Assembly: GCF_004010195.1 (NCBI RefSeq) | Contig: NC_057718.1 | Coordinates: 19,102,426 to 19,122,425 of the forward strand | Direction: 5' to 3' | DNA length: 20,000 nucleotides | Source of the DNA: Chiloscyllium plagiosum | Lineage: Eukaryota | In this document: positions 1 through 10,740 of the stretch, piece by piece | Numbering within the stretch: position 1 is the first letter of the stretch | Layout: every line of letters begins with the position of its first letter | Position numbers and translations under genes: made by a program | Notes under the pieces: generated by a model | The model's input: only the letters and a program-made list of their open reading frames with translations | Databases searched by the model: none | What the model was told of the DNA's origin: nothing

Positions 1-147
1 CAGATCCTTTAATCATCTTTAATACCTCAAAAGGTCACCTTCAATAAACAAGAGAATACAAACCCTGTCTCACCATGCAATGGAGTGATTTCTGTAAATC
101 CAGTGTTAATTGACACTCAACTAAAGGAGCTAATTAAATAGCATGTA

Positions 148-542
148 CGCTGTAGCGGATACTGGATTTGAAAAGGTTAAGATTCGAGACTGAATTAAGC
201 TTTATCCAATGTGATGACATTGTGCAATGTTGAGTAGGGGAGACCAAGAGAACAGTTCTGGATCTCAAAGGAGACAAATGTGTCAACCATGTCTCTCAAT
301 GGTTTTAGGAACAATGTCTAACAAGTTAGTGTAGTGATTTTAAATCAACCTTTTCAGACAGTATTATGATTCACCTCCAGGGTAGATGGCACTTGAACTT
401 TGATCTTCTGGCCCAGAGATAGGGACACCAGCACTATGCCACAAGATCCATTAACTGGCTCATGTAACTAATTGCTATCATTCAATAAACTGTCCCTGGC
501 TATTGTTGCTTTATACTAGGTACAGCAGTGGAAGAAAATCCA
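148..542 (+). repeat. Putative 5' LTR, interrupted by a SINE head
   Basis: Colinear with 3236-3540. Shared blocks CTGAATTAAG, TGATGACAT, TGGATC, GACAAATGTGT, AACAAT, TGTAACTAATTGCT, TTGTTGCT. AATAAA at 484-489. Confidence 0.65.
345..452 (-). mobile_element. tRNA-derived SINE 5' fragment inserted in the 5' LTR
   Basis: Reverse complement has an A-box-like GTGGCATAGTGCTGG and a B-box-like GTTCAAGTGCC; this segment is absent from the 3' LTR copy. Confidence 0.55.
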
Positions 543-1520
543 TCGGGCCCAAGAGAAGAAATTTCCCGAAGACCGAGTGAATTTGGAGCTTTGAAGACTT
601 TATCATTTTAAGAATTTCTCAAAAATAGAGCCAGCAGTTGTAAGCATTTAAACAAAACAATGAGTCAGCAGGAATTTGTAGAAAGATCAACTGGAGAGTG
701 ACAGCACTCCAGGCTAAAGCCTTTAGTTTAGAGTTGGTAAGAAGCGCAGAAGCAGCAGAGCAGGTTAGAAAGAGTTTAAAGACTAGTCACAAGCTGACAG
801 CTACATACTCCATCAGGAATCAAGGATCTGTAGGAGTGTTCCCAGTTTGAGGTTTGGCTATGAAATGAATATATCAGAGCTCCATGAATAAGTTTAAAAT
901 TCTTTCTTCGGCAAGGAGAGAAAATTTAAATCAATTGGTGTAATAAACAGGCTGGGAAGTTTAGAATAAAAAACAATAGTAGTACTCCCAGCTCACAATG
1001 AACATTGCTACCACAGCATAGACACTCTGAGGCATGGCTGCAGTATAAAAATCAAGAGTCATAAAAGTACTTTACACCAAAATCATAGCTAGGAGGAATG
1101 TCGCTAGAAGAATTAAAACAACAAAAGCCATTTTAAAGCTAAAGCAGACACAGACCAATAGAGGTTAGATTATTCTAAGTGAACTTTAATATTGGGAGAT
1201 CCATAATTTAAAGTGCTTCTGGCAGGGAAAATTAAGGCTGCAGATTCAAAGCTTTATTTGGGCAAGTTGTGGAAAAGGATGTCCATGTGCTGAAGGTGCA
1301 AAAACACTCCACTATGTCTCTAAGAATGCAGAAAGCCTCCCCTGTAAACAGTGCAGTTATACTGCATTCTTATTTAACAAATTAAAAGTTTTGGTTTTTC
1401 TATTTACAGAAGTAAGAGTATTCAAGGGAAAGGGATTATAATGGATACTGCAGAGTTTGAAAACTTTCAAAGTAAGAAATAAAATTACAGTAGAAAGATA
1501 TGGCTGGGAAAATATTACTG

Positions 1521-2350
1521 CCTCAACATTACTGAGATGGGCCAAATGGATCTCAGGGATGGAAATCTTAGAGAGAACAGTTCTTAAGATACAGGAATGC
1601 TTCACACCTAAAAACTATTTCATAAGATTTCACAAGATGTGCATTAAAATATACTATTGTAATTAATAGAACTTACAGTTCATAACTTTATACCTCACCT
1701 TAAAATAAAAGAGGGAACAAAAACTTTTTAAGACTTTTTACAAGCTTTTAACAATTACCCTAATCTGAAAACAACATTTTTGAATGACCAAGATTTAGCA
1801 GAAGAGTTCAGCTTTCAGGAGGATCCACAGATAGTTTAATTGATGATCTCTACAGATTAACAGAAAGCTGTGACGATGGAACTTTGAAACTAGAATTTAT
1901 GAGAGACAATGCTTGTTGGAATTATTGATGATTGTTTGTCAGATTTAATAAAATGGAAAAGAGTATTTGACTTTGGAAAAAGCTATTTGAATTCTTTTGA
2001 AGCAGAAACCAGGAAGAATCACACACAAGAAGAGAACAACATTCTAAGGTATCGACATTCTAAAGGGACACCCAACAAGGCAAGACAATAAATAAACCAA
2101 TCAGCAGTTGGTAACAGTCAGTGTCAATGCTGCTGAATATAAAAGCCTCACAAGTTCAAGGAGTGCCCAGCAATGACAATAAAATGCTGCATTTGTTAAA
2201 TTACAGGTCACCTCCAGAGAATGTGCAGACGTAGGATGCAATTTCAGAGCAGTAAAGTGTTGCATTCCTACTTGTGCAAAGACATTAATGAAACAGAAAC
2301 ACCAGGATTTGTAAAGATATCCAGTATATTCCTAGGTGATGGTGATGATC
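1521..2350 (+). pseudogene. Gypsy gag pseudogene with two CCHC zinc knuckles
   Basis: With frameshifts and stops: GWKS*REQFLRYRNASHL; RFSRRVQLSGGSTDSLIDDLYRLTESCDDGTLKLEFMRD (from 1791); LVGIIDDCLSDL; YLTLEKAI; CQCC*I*KPHKFKECPA followed by CCIC*ITGHLQRMC (C-X2-C-X4-H-X4-C, knuckles at 2122-2226); then IFLG. Confidence 0.85.
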
Positions 2351-2389
2351 CAAACAGCCCACGTTCATCAAAAATACATTTTCAGCATA

Positions 2390-2720
2390 GCTAACTGACT
2401 TTCACTGACTTATGGTCCCTATTACCAACTTTTCTTTCTCCTTGGCTGATCACTATCCATCCCTTTATCTGCCTACTATCTCGCTCTCTCTCCCTTTCTG
2501 GACTCTGTGACCATTCCTCACTTACACTTCCTCCCTAACCACCCCCTGTCTTCAACATGTATACCACCTGTTCCTAGCACTAATAACTCTGAAGAGGACT
2601 CAGTGGACCCAAAGCAATAACTCTGCTTTATCTCTATAGATGCTGCCAGATCTGATGAGGTTCTCCAGCAATTTGTAACTTTGTTTCAGATTTCCAGAGT
2701 CCACAGTTCTTTGTTACATT
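2390..2720 (+). mobile_element. Penelope-like (PLE) terminal-repeat fragment with decayed hammerhead motif, inserted between gag and protease
   Basis: Pyrimidine-rich stretch, then CTGAAGA (2589-2595)...GACCC, followed by the family tail GATGCTGCCAGATCTGATGAGGTTCTCCAGC...CAGATTTCCAG. Confidence 0.65.
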
Positions 2721-2746
2721 TATCGCATTTATCAGAATCTGTTTAG

Positions 2747-3010
2747 GTCAATGGGAATCTCATTAATATTAAGCTTGATATGGGCCAGGTGTCACTGTTG
2801 CATTAGATCAAATAACAGGGTTAAACAAACTGAAGACATGATTTATAGATATGAAATATGGTCAAGCTTAGAGATATGCTACAAGCAATCCAACAACAAA
2901 GAGTGTGAGGGAGGTGACAATGTACATATGTTTCGGACTCAACACTTCTCACTTTTGAACCTGCACACACACCTTGATTTCAATATCCTTAAGGCAATAG
3001 GAAGTATTCA
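2747..3010 (+). pseudogene. Gypsy aspartic protease remnant
   Basis: VNGNLINIKLDMG, then after a frameshift GVTV. Matches the VNGxxIxFKLDTGAxVTV pattern; DMG is explicable as DTG by ACG>ATG CpG decay. Confidence 0.75.
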
Positions 3011-3061
3011 TTTAGTTTCAAGAGTCAGTGGATAGACCAAAGTAAACCCAGTTATGCCAAC

Positions 3062-3162
3062 CAAAACATGAATTGCTGGAAAAACTGAGCAGATCAGGCA
3101 GCATCTGTGGGGAGAAAGTAGAGTTAACCTTTCAGGTCCAGAGACCCCTCTTAAGGGTTCTG
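3062..3162 (-). mobile_element. PLE-type short repeat with decayed hammerhead motif
   Basis: Reverse complement: CTTAAGA-GGGGTC-TCTG-GACCT-GAAA-GGTTAACTC...CACAGATGCTGCCTGATCTGCTCAGTTTTTCCAGC. Confidence 0.7.
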
Positions 3163-3235
3163 TAAAGTCTATTGAAGGAGAAGGCAGAGATAAAGTAGTG
3201 GTGAATGTACATGCATATACAAACATTGGAGAAGA

Positions 3236-3540
3236 TGTTGTATAAGCTTAAGGCTCTGATAGGGTTCAATTGGGGGCTGAATTAAGTGCCACCTAACCTG
3301 ATGACATCAGACAGTATTGGTGGAGAAAATCAGGACAATAGCTTTGGATCAGAAGAGGACAAATGTGTTATCCAAACCTTCCAATAGTATCAGTAACAAT
3401 CTCCAACTAACTTATGTAACTTGTAACTAATTGCTGTTGTACAACTAGCTACATCTCATTAAGATAAGATCCCCTTCTTGTTAGGACTCAGTAGTAGTTG
3501 TTGCTCTGCCATTGTAAACCAAATAAGCCCTTACACCAAC
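3236..3540 (+). repeat. Putative 3' LTR
   Basis: Begins TGTTGTA right after a purine tract; same ordered blocks as 148-542; right end uncertain. Confidence 0.65.
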
Positions 3541-4194
3541 TCAAGGTAAGAGGAATGGTAACAGTATAGTCTACAGTATAATACTACAATAGACACATAC
3601 ACATTAACATGAAACAGACCAAAACTCAACAGGATACTCACCACTAGAAAGTATAGCCTCAGCTACATTGCTTCTCTCAGTATATATGGTTCATAGATTT
3701 AACAAACATATTGGCTGTATTATTAATAATTATATAAAATGACTCCACAGCTCATGAAAACATTGAGGCATGATGTTCAAATAGATAATAAGAGATATGT
3801 GAATAAAACGACTATCACATTGCTAGGCAATGTAGACTGCCAAGCATCAACTAGAAATAATGTCTGATGCAGGACTTAAAATATTCCAAACAGGCAGCTG
3901 TCATTCAAACCAAATGCTTTTACATTGTTACACATTAATTTTTACTTTGTTTTAAGAGCTGAACAATAGGTTTCTTTGCTTAGTAATCCTTTCAACAAAT
4001 TCCAATCAGCTCTCTGACTCTGTGATGTTGGCACTCACATATTTCACGTTCTGTTTCTGTGAATCTGTCTGACAAAGGCTAGCACCTGAGATTGCTGAAA
4101 TGATGGTCAAAGGACAGAACTAGGGCAAACTGCTAATTTAGTAACCCTCATGTAGCCTCATTCTTTTAGTTACATTTCAGTCAAGCCCCAAGAT

Positions 4195-4680
4195 GTAGCA
4201 GCTCTGCAACATCACCCAACTTTCCTTGGCCTCAGCTCATCTGCTTCTGGAACCCTCATTCATGCCTTTTGTTTCCTTTATACACTGCTATTCCAATGCC
4301 CTCCTGGCATTGTGGAAGTCTCCAACATTTTATCTTTCATAAACTCACGATTGTCCAAAATTCTTCCACTCTCACCTTTACCCTAGTGCTTGTTGATCAA
4401 TATTGATTTGCAGTCAAAGATCAGAATTTTAAACTGTTATTTAATAACCCTTCATAAATCACCCCTCTCTATCTCCACTATCTTCTCCAGCTCCACAGAT
4501 ATCTCTTAATCTTTGCCTCTTAGGCGTTCCTAACTTTACTCAATCTATATTTGTTGCCTAGGCCTAAGCTCTCCACATCCCCTCCCTAAACATTTGTGCC
4601 TCAGTATCTCACTCTTTAAGACCCTCTTTAAGACCTTCTACTTTAAGACCCTCTTTAAAACCTACTCCTTTGGCCAAGCT
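4195..4680 (+). mobile_element. L2-clade LINE 3' fragment (degenerate)
   Basis: ACCCTCATTCATGCCTTT...CTATTCCAATGCCCTCCTGGC resembles the L2 ORF2 motif TLIHAF...YSNALLA; ends with L2-like CTTTAAAACCTAC. Confidence 0.6.
4612..4662 (+). repeat. Short tandem repeat, ~12-bp unit CTCTTTAAGACC x4
   Basis: ctctttaagacc ctctttaagacc ttctactttaagacc ctctttaaaacc, read directly from the sequence. Confidence 0.85.
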
Positions 4681-5044
4681 GTAATCCTGGCATCACCTTT
4701 TATGAAGCGTCCCAAGATTCTGAGTTTCAATAGTGTGCGCTAGACAGAGATACAGGTGTCCAGAGCTGACTGATCACAGTTACATGAAGATTGAGGCACT
4801 TCCAAGGAGCAAAATTCCTCAAGGTCTAATTCATCCAGTGGAATTGGTGTCGCTCCCCTCAGCAACCAACACTTAGCTTGGTTACAGAGCCGAAAGAAAC
4901 TCAGTATCTGCTGATTCATGTACAAATCCATTACAACCACTATTATTTCAGCTGGACTGGGCTGGTGTTATCCAGCCTGTCGGTATCAATCAGAATGATG
5001 GCTTGGCTAGACCCTATCAAAATCAACCAGCATTTTTATATTCT

Positions 5045-5180
5045 CATGTTCTAATGTGGAAAATGCAGCAGCTAATCTGTGCATAATGAGATCACAAAGC
5101 CAGAGTAGAATAATGACCAGGGTATCTGTGCATTTCTTTTTCAGATGATGCTTATTGTGGCATCAATATTCATCAGAACT
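5045..5180 (-). mobile_element. Deu-domain SINE fragment (SacSINE1/AmnSINE-like)
   Basis: TAATGTGGAAAATGCAGCAGCTAATCTGTGCA...TAATGACCAG resembles the reverse complement of the recalled Deu-domain 3' half; similar to 11580-11660. Confidence 0.55.
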
Positions 5181-5534
5181 TACGATTGAGGGCTATATGA
5201 TTCCCAGATTATATTTCCTGAAGATACAATAAAGTTAAAGGAGATTGACTGCTGACTACTTGCATTTCCAGCAGGACTCTGAGTGAACCATTTGTTTGTG
5301 GCACCATCTGTTTACCTATCTTAACAGTCTTTCTCATGCAGAGTGTAGGAAGGCTGGTCAGCAATCCAGCAGTCCAGGTTATGAATGCTTCTTGCTCAAG
5401 AGTGTTGCCAAATGAGCTACAATGAGCAAAGTGTTTGGAGCATTAACTTTTTTGGCGGTGTCAAACATCTGCTGTTCCACCACATGTAGTTATTATTTAA
5501 GCTGCTGATGTAAATATTAATTTCCCTTTTAGGT

Positions 5535-5930
5535 GAGGATGCAAAAAAGATTTACAAGGATGTTGCTGAGATTGGAGGGTTTGAGTTATAGGGAGAGGCT
5601 GGCCAGGTTGGGGCTTTTTCCCTGGAGTGTCAGAGGCTGAGGGGTGACCTCATAGAGGTTCATAAAATTGTGAGGGACATGGATAGGGTGAATAGTCAAG
5701 GTCATTTTCCTAGGGTGAGGGAGTCCAAAACTGGATGGCATAGGTTTAAGGTGAGAGGGGAAAGATTTAAAAAGGACCTAAAAGGTAACTTTTTCACACA
5801 GAGGGTGGTGTGTTTATGGAACAAGCTGCCAGAGAAAGTGGTGGAGACTGGTACAATTACAACATTTAAAAGGCATTTGGATGGGTATACGAATAGGAAG
5901 GGTTCAGAGGGAGATGGGTCAAATGCTGGT
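5535..5930 (+). mobile_element. CR1/HER1 LINE ORF2 C-terminal fragment
   Basis: QKRFTRML...LRGDLIEV...GHRFKVRGERFKKDLKGNFFTQRVVCLWNKLPE...TFKRHLD, typical of the CR1 ORF2 C-terminus. Confidence 0.9.
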
Positions 5931-6819
5931 GTGATCATTAATCTTGCACTCGTCCAATTAGAGGGTGAGAGAGGCTGGTCCTTTGTCAGCTATCCTGTCC
6001 TCCAGGAGGAAAACTTGGCTTGGGGACTTTAGATCCAAGTTGTTCAAACATATATTACTCATCCTTATCAGTGTCATTTCTTCCCATTTCCTTACCTCTG
6101 ACTGGTTTCCTGCAATGTTATACATATAGCATAAACCAGTCAAAAACAGAGGAAATGCATGACAGAGAAATAAACAAGCCACAGACTGTCAGCTAAGGAT
6201 CTGATAAGAAGCTAAAACTTTCCTCAGCCAATCTTACCAACAGCTGTATCACAGATTGCCCCAAAATTTAATGTGTTGCTCCATCGACAAAAGCATCCTG
6301 ATAAATTTCTAATTCATTAGGTAGGGCAACAACATGTAGGTTTTTATACTGTATGTTTTTAAACAGATGATGGAACATGCATAGTAGATTATTTAATACT
6401 ATCAACTGTATAGGAATAGCCACATTATATTAAGAGCACATTATATTGAAATTCCACCAAAAAAAAAGAGTAAATTATGTAGAAATTAAGAAAACCAATC
6501 AAACAATCAAGACTACTGCATCTTAAATCATGTACTTTATAGGAATGACTCAATTATAGGAAATTGGCGAACTCATCCAACCAGTCCTCATTAATGTTTA
6601 TCTTCCTTTTAGTCTTCGTAATCACATGATCAATCTTGTCTTTCACACCTTTTAAAATAGTAATGTCTCATTCTCATCTGAGACTTTTTTTGACCATTGG
6701 CTCTCCTTTCCACTTCTTCTCACCTTTTCTTCTTCCTTTCTTCAAGATCCTGAGATTCCCCCTTCCCAGGTAACACTCCTCCACTGTTACCCAATGTGAC
6801 TCAGGGCTCACAGTCTTCT

Positions 6820-6858
6820 GAAGTCCTGAAGAAGGGTTACACCAGAAATGTCAACTTC
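6820..6858 (+). ncRNA. Minimal type-I hammerhead ribozyme motif (slightly decayed)
   Basis: GAAGTC (stem I) - CTGAAGA (core, 6826-6832) - AGGGT TAC ACCA (stem II) - GAAA (6845-6848) - TG - TC (cleavage dinucleotide, 6851-6852) - AACTTC (stem I', 5/6 pairs with GAAGTC). Confidence 0.65.
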
Positions 6859-6945
6859 TCCACCTCCTGATGCTGCCTGGCTTGTGGTGTTCTTCCAGCC
6901 TCCTGCCTGTTTGCTTTGGATTCCAGCATCTGCAGTTTTTTTGGC
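6820..6945 (+). mobile_element. PLE-type short repeat carrying a minimal hammerhead ribozyme
   Basis: Hammerhead motif followed by the family tail CCTGATGCTGCCTGG...TTCTTCCAGC...GATTCCAGCATCTGCAGTT. Confidence 0.75.
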
Positions 6946-7289
6946 TCTCACAGCCTTCTATGTCAGGAATTTACATACACAATGGTCCCCCTCCTATTTC
7001 ATTTCAGCCACACTGACAGAGTTGCATTTTTTAAAAATTTGTCAAGTATTGAAAACAAACATATTGCTTGGTTACCCAGCATCTCTGATTCAGACATTGT
7101 CCATCTTATTGTTCATATGGCATTCACCTCCTGACTACTGAAAATAAATTTTGCCCTTCAGAGTAGAAAATGTACTTCATCATTTTCCACAGTCTTGAGT
7201 TTATAGGCGTTGGCCATTCAGCTAATCAAGCCTGCCCTGCCCAATCAATATAATTATGGCACATAGAAAGCCCTTCAAAGATTCAGTCC

Positions 7290-7495
7290 ACTTTATCTAT
7301 TTAATCTCATCCCTGCAGCACTCCAAACCTGCCTCTCCTTTGCAGCATGGCTGGCAGAAATCTCATCTGGTTTCCTCTCCCTTCACAGAGGCTCCTTTCC
7401 TTAGACCTGACATCCTTGACCCATCTCTCTCCAGCTTCAGAAACCTCTTCAAAACCTCTGTCTTCAGCCATTATTTTGATCACCTTCTCCAGGCA
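7290..7495 (+). mobile_element. Possible L2-like 3' fragment
   Basis: CCATCTCTCTCCAGCTTCAGAAACCTCTTCAAAACCTCTGTCTTC resembles an L2 3' end; highly decayed. Confidence 0.35.
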
Positions 7496-8067
7496 CCTTC
7501 ACTCGTTTGGCAAAGTGTCTCCATCTCACCTTCTCTTCTGAGATGTTTTGCTCAGCCAGAATAGTACAGGCCATCACAGGTAGGATTAGTCATTCTGAGC
7601 CTCAAATCTTAACAACAATGTAACTTTGGCTTTGGCTACAGAGCAATTCTGGACTGTGTACAAATTGTCTCGACAGCAAACACTGTCTCAAACAGTTTTT
7701 GAGTCCTGTTCTGTTTCCTCACAGGATTAATTTTTTTGGAAGGAGCTGAAGGCTCACTGTTTTCTCATTAATAGGAAAGTTATTATTGGAAACATGCAAG
7801 ATTGCCAATCGACCCAGCACGTTTGTATCAGGTCCTGACCGCAGCAACAAAAAATCAATTCCTCCTGCCATGCTCTCCCTATAGCCCTGCATCATGTTAA
7901 ATGTTATTTCAGTTTTTCTCTCAAGCGTAAAACTGACCCAGATTTAACTGGGCCTTCTTTGTGCCACACACATTCTTCCATACATACCCCGAGGGGATGC
8001 TAAAACAGGCACACCATGGGGATTGGTAACTAACGGAACAACGAGGACTGATGTGAAGATTACTCAC

Positions 8068-8241
8068 CTGAGCCACATTAATGAACTTGGTGATGACCTC
8101 TGCCCTTTGCACGGGAGTCTGCTTGCTAAGAACCATTAGCTGGAGCCACTGGGAAATGCCATTAAACAATGCGATGGACCTCTCAAGTGTTGGGTTATCC
8201 ATTAGACAGCGATGTGTAACATAGCTTTGATAATCTGTAAA
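8068..8241 (-). CDS. RASGRP3: RASGRP3 internal coding exon (CDC25/RasGEF domain), 174 bp
   Basis: Translates to [58 protein letters not shown]. Acceptor ttcttgcag|; donor CAG|gtgagt; phase 0/0, continuing directly from ...RRIS. Confidence 0.96.
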
Positions 8242-8474
8242 CTGCAAGAAATCACCATTTCAAGATTTAATTAATTTTCTTATTATTGTTTTCAAAACAT
8301 TTCTTTAGCTTGATTGTTGATGCCCTGTTCTACATATGGGTCTTTGCCCTACTCCTTTGCCAAAATAATAATGAATGCTTGAACAATCTGATTCAGGATT
8401 AGATTGATTTGGAACAGTACCATCTATTTTGTGGATATGATTACTATTTCCACAGAAATCAATAACAAGGTCCA

Positions 8475-8570
8475 TTCAGAACAGCAGTCACTACACCTGA
8501 AACATTAGCTGTTGTTTCCCCACAGACACTGCCAGACCTGCTGAGTTTCTCCAGCAATTTTTGCTTTTGC
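8475..8570 (+). mobile_element. PLE-type short repeat, heavily decayed hammerhead region
   Basis: ...CCTGAAACATTAGCT...CCACAGACACTGCCAGACCTGCTGAGTTTCTCCAGCAATTT. Confidence 0.65.
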
Positions 8571-8585
8571 TAGTTCCATTTACTC

Positions 8586-8678
8586 GAAGAGTGTGGTGCT
8601 GGAAAAGCACAGCCGATCAGGCAGCATCCGAGGAGCAGGACAGTTGATGTTTCATCAGGAATGCCTCGCTTTCTCTTT
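8586..8678 (-). mobile_element. PLE-type short repeat with 13-bp target-site duplication; hammerhead stem II deleted
   Basis: GTTCCATTTACTC at 8573-8585 and 8679-8691. Insert reverse complement ATTCCTGATGAAACATC...CTGCTCCTCGGATGCTGCCTGATCGGCTGTGCTTTTCCAGC. Confidence 0.75.
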
Positions 8679-8940
8679 GTTCCATTTACTCTATTGTAAT
8701 AAGACTTAACAAAGCTTATGGTGTTTCCTCTGTTTGAAAACTAAACAAGACGATCATTCTAAGATAGTTAAACTGGATAACACTAAGCAATTATGGGTAA
8801 AAGCATTGGATGTGAAGAACAACAGAACCATTTGCAGTCTAAATCTAGAATAAATTTAAGCTGCATTTACTCCCTCAGTGGGAGGAAAGCACTGAGTTGT
8901 GGGTATAACCTGAAACATCAAGAACATTCATAGATAAATC

Positions 8941-9271
8941 AAAGATAGTCAGAGGGTTAGATAAAGTGGACAGGGAGAGCCTTTTTCCACATATGGGAAT
9001 GGCAAACATGAGGGGACATAACTTTAAAGTGAGGGGAGACAGGTATAAGACAGATGTCAGAGGTAGTTTCTTTACTCAGAGAGTAGTAAGGGTATGGAAT
9101 GCTTTGCCTGCAATGGTAGTCGATTCGCCAAGTTTAAGTGCATTTAAGTCGTCACTGGACAGGCATATGGACGTACATGGAATAATGTAGGTGGGATGGG
9201 CTTCAGATTAGTATGACAGGGCGGCGCAACATCGAGGGCTGAAGGGCCTGTACTGCGCTGTAAAAAAAAAA
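8941..9271 (+). mobile_element. CR1/HER1 LINE 3' end with A-tail
   Basis: RGHNFKVRGDRYKTDVRGSFFTQRVVRVWNALP...FKSSLDRHM; 3' UTR GGGCTGAAGGGCCTGTACTGCGCTGT followed by a poly-A run. Confidence 0.9.
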
Positions 9272-9458
9272 TTCAGTGAAACACTTTAATGCTGCAGTTA
9301 AACATTCTGCCATTTCCTCATGTCACATGCCTTGGTTGGTGGGATTGTTTCATCATGAGAAAAGGACCTTTCAGTTATTAACATATCACACTGCACCTTC
9401 AGGACAACATACATTGTCCATCACCGCAGTGTGAAATGCCCTGCATATTAACGTTTGT

Positions 9459-9755
9459 ATAGATTAGATTCCCTACAGTATGGAAACAGGCCCTTCGGCC
9501 CTCCAAAGAGTAACTCACCCAGACCCATTGGTAACCTATATTTAAACTCAACTAATGTATCTAACGCTATGGGCAACTTAGCATGGCCAATTCATCTGGC
9601 CAGCGTATCTTTGGACTGTGGGAGAAAACCAGAGCATCCAAAGTAAACCCAAACAGACAGAACGTGCAAATATCACACAGATAGTTGCCCAAGGTGGGAA
9701 TTGAACCCAGGTCCCTGGCACTGTGAGGCAGCAGTGCTAACCACTGAGCCAGCAT
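9459..9755 (-). mobile_element. HE1-type V-SINE (internal deletion)
   Basis: Reverse-complement head GGCTCAGTGGTTAGCACTGCTGCCTCACAG...GGTTCAATTCC; tail GGCCGAAGGGCCTGTTTCCATACTGTAGGGAATCTAATCT. Confidence 0.9.
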
Positions 9756-9934
9756 ATTGGCCTTACATGAGTCAGGCTCCATCTCATACAACTGATGAAT
9801 CTTTAGGCAATGTTCTAATAATTATATCCTATATAAAGTCAACATAAACATAGAAAACATGACTTTTTAAGAAATCCAGAAATGAAGTGAAAATTGAGTT
9901 TTTTTTTGTAAGTGTGCAGGTGCTAATATTTTTA

Positions 9935-10285
9935 AAATTTCGATCACGGAAGTGGGCATAGCTGGCCCTTCATTGCCCATCCCTAATTGTCCAGAGGGCA
10001 GTTAAGAGTCAACCACATTGCTATGGGTTTGAAGTCACATGCAAGCCAGACTAGGTAAGGAATGCAGATTTCCTTCCCTAAAGAACAATAGTGAACCCGA
10101 CGGCTTTCTATAAAAATCAGCAATGGTCACATGGTCACTATTAAATCAACTTCCTACTAAGGTTTTTATTGAACTCAAATGTCACCATCTGTCATGGCAG
10201 GATTCAAACCCTTACCCTCAGAACATGACCCTGGGATTCTGGATTGCCAATCCAATGGCATTATCACAATGCCACCATCTCCCCT
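9935..10285 (-). mobile_element. tRNA-headed SINE of a second family
   Basis: Reverse-complement head with B-box GGTTTGAATCC; homologous to 13561-13886 (CCTAATT.TCCAGAGGGCA, CCAGAC.AGGTA, TTTCCTT.CCTAAAG). Confidence 0.75.
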
Positions 10286-10740
10286 TTATGTTCTGCATTT
10301 TGTGATAATTTTAACTTTCGTTACACTTGCCTTTTAATGTTGTACTCATCATTGCCTCCTCACACGGTTAATGTAGACACATTGAGACATAAGCTTCCAG
10401 CTGTGCCGATCAGCAAATAGCTGACATGGGGTGGTTGACAGGAACCTAGGTTCACTCAATGGTCCATCTGGAGATGTTCTTCTGTATCACACCCTTCCCT
10501 GATGGAAACTGCTCACCAATCCAGGTAAATGTGAGCATAACCCCTCCCTTCCATGCCAGAATAGCTAATTGCAGAGCAGGGGAAGGAACAGAAACTCCAG
10601 GCAACTGCAACTTGTTTTATGGTAAAGAGCGTCACAGTTGAAAGAAGACACAAAAATGCTCATCAAGGTGAACAGCATAGATACAATTAAGGTGAAGCTT
10701 GACAAGTAAACGAGGGAGATACAGACAGGAAGTTAGGCCG

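Larger units (their letters stand above)
148..3540 (+). mobile_element. Degenerate, internally deleted Ty3/Gypsy LTR retrotransposon (LTR-gag-pro-LTR)
   Basis: Diverged direct repeats at both ends; decayed gag, zinc knuckles and protease between them; purine tract GGAGAAGA (3228-3235) directly before TGTTGTA. Boundaries approximate. Confidence 0.75.

Noticed and set aside
1381..1450. ATTAAA followed by TGG as an LTR end and primer-binding site
   Set aside because: The repeated LTR sequence maps to 148-542, so this region is more likely leader; no recognisable tRNA complement.
3015..3055. SRVSG*TKVNP as an integrase C-terminal RSGR motif
   Set aside because: Too short and degenerate to support.
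4740..4940. 66-aa minus-strand ORF as the next RASGRP3 exon
   Set aside because: Lacks the expected NFNTLMAVVGGL motif; that exon was not found anywhere in 1-8067 by eye.
7921..8067. C-terminal extension of ORF 7921..8247 (VSNLHISP...)
   Set aside because: Read-through past a strong CAG|gtgagt donor; RASGRP similarity stops exactly at the donor.
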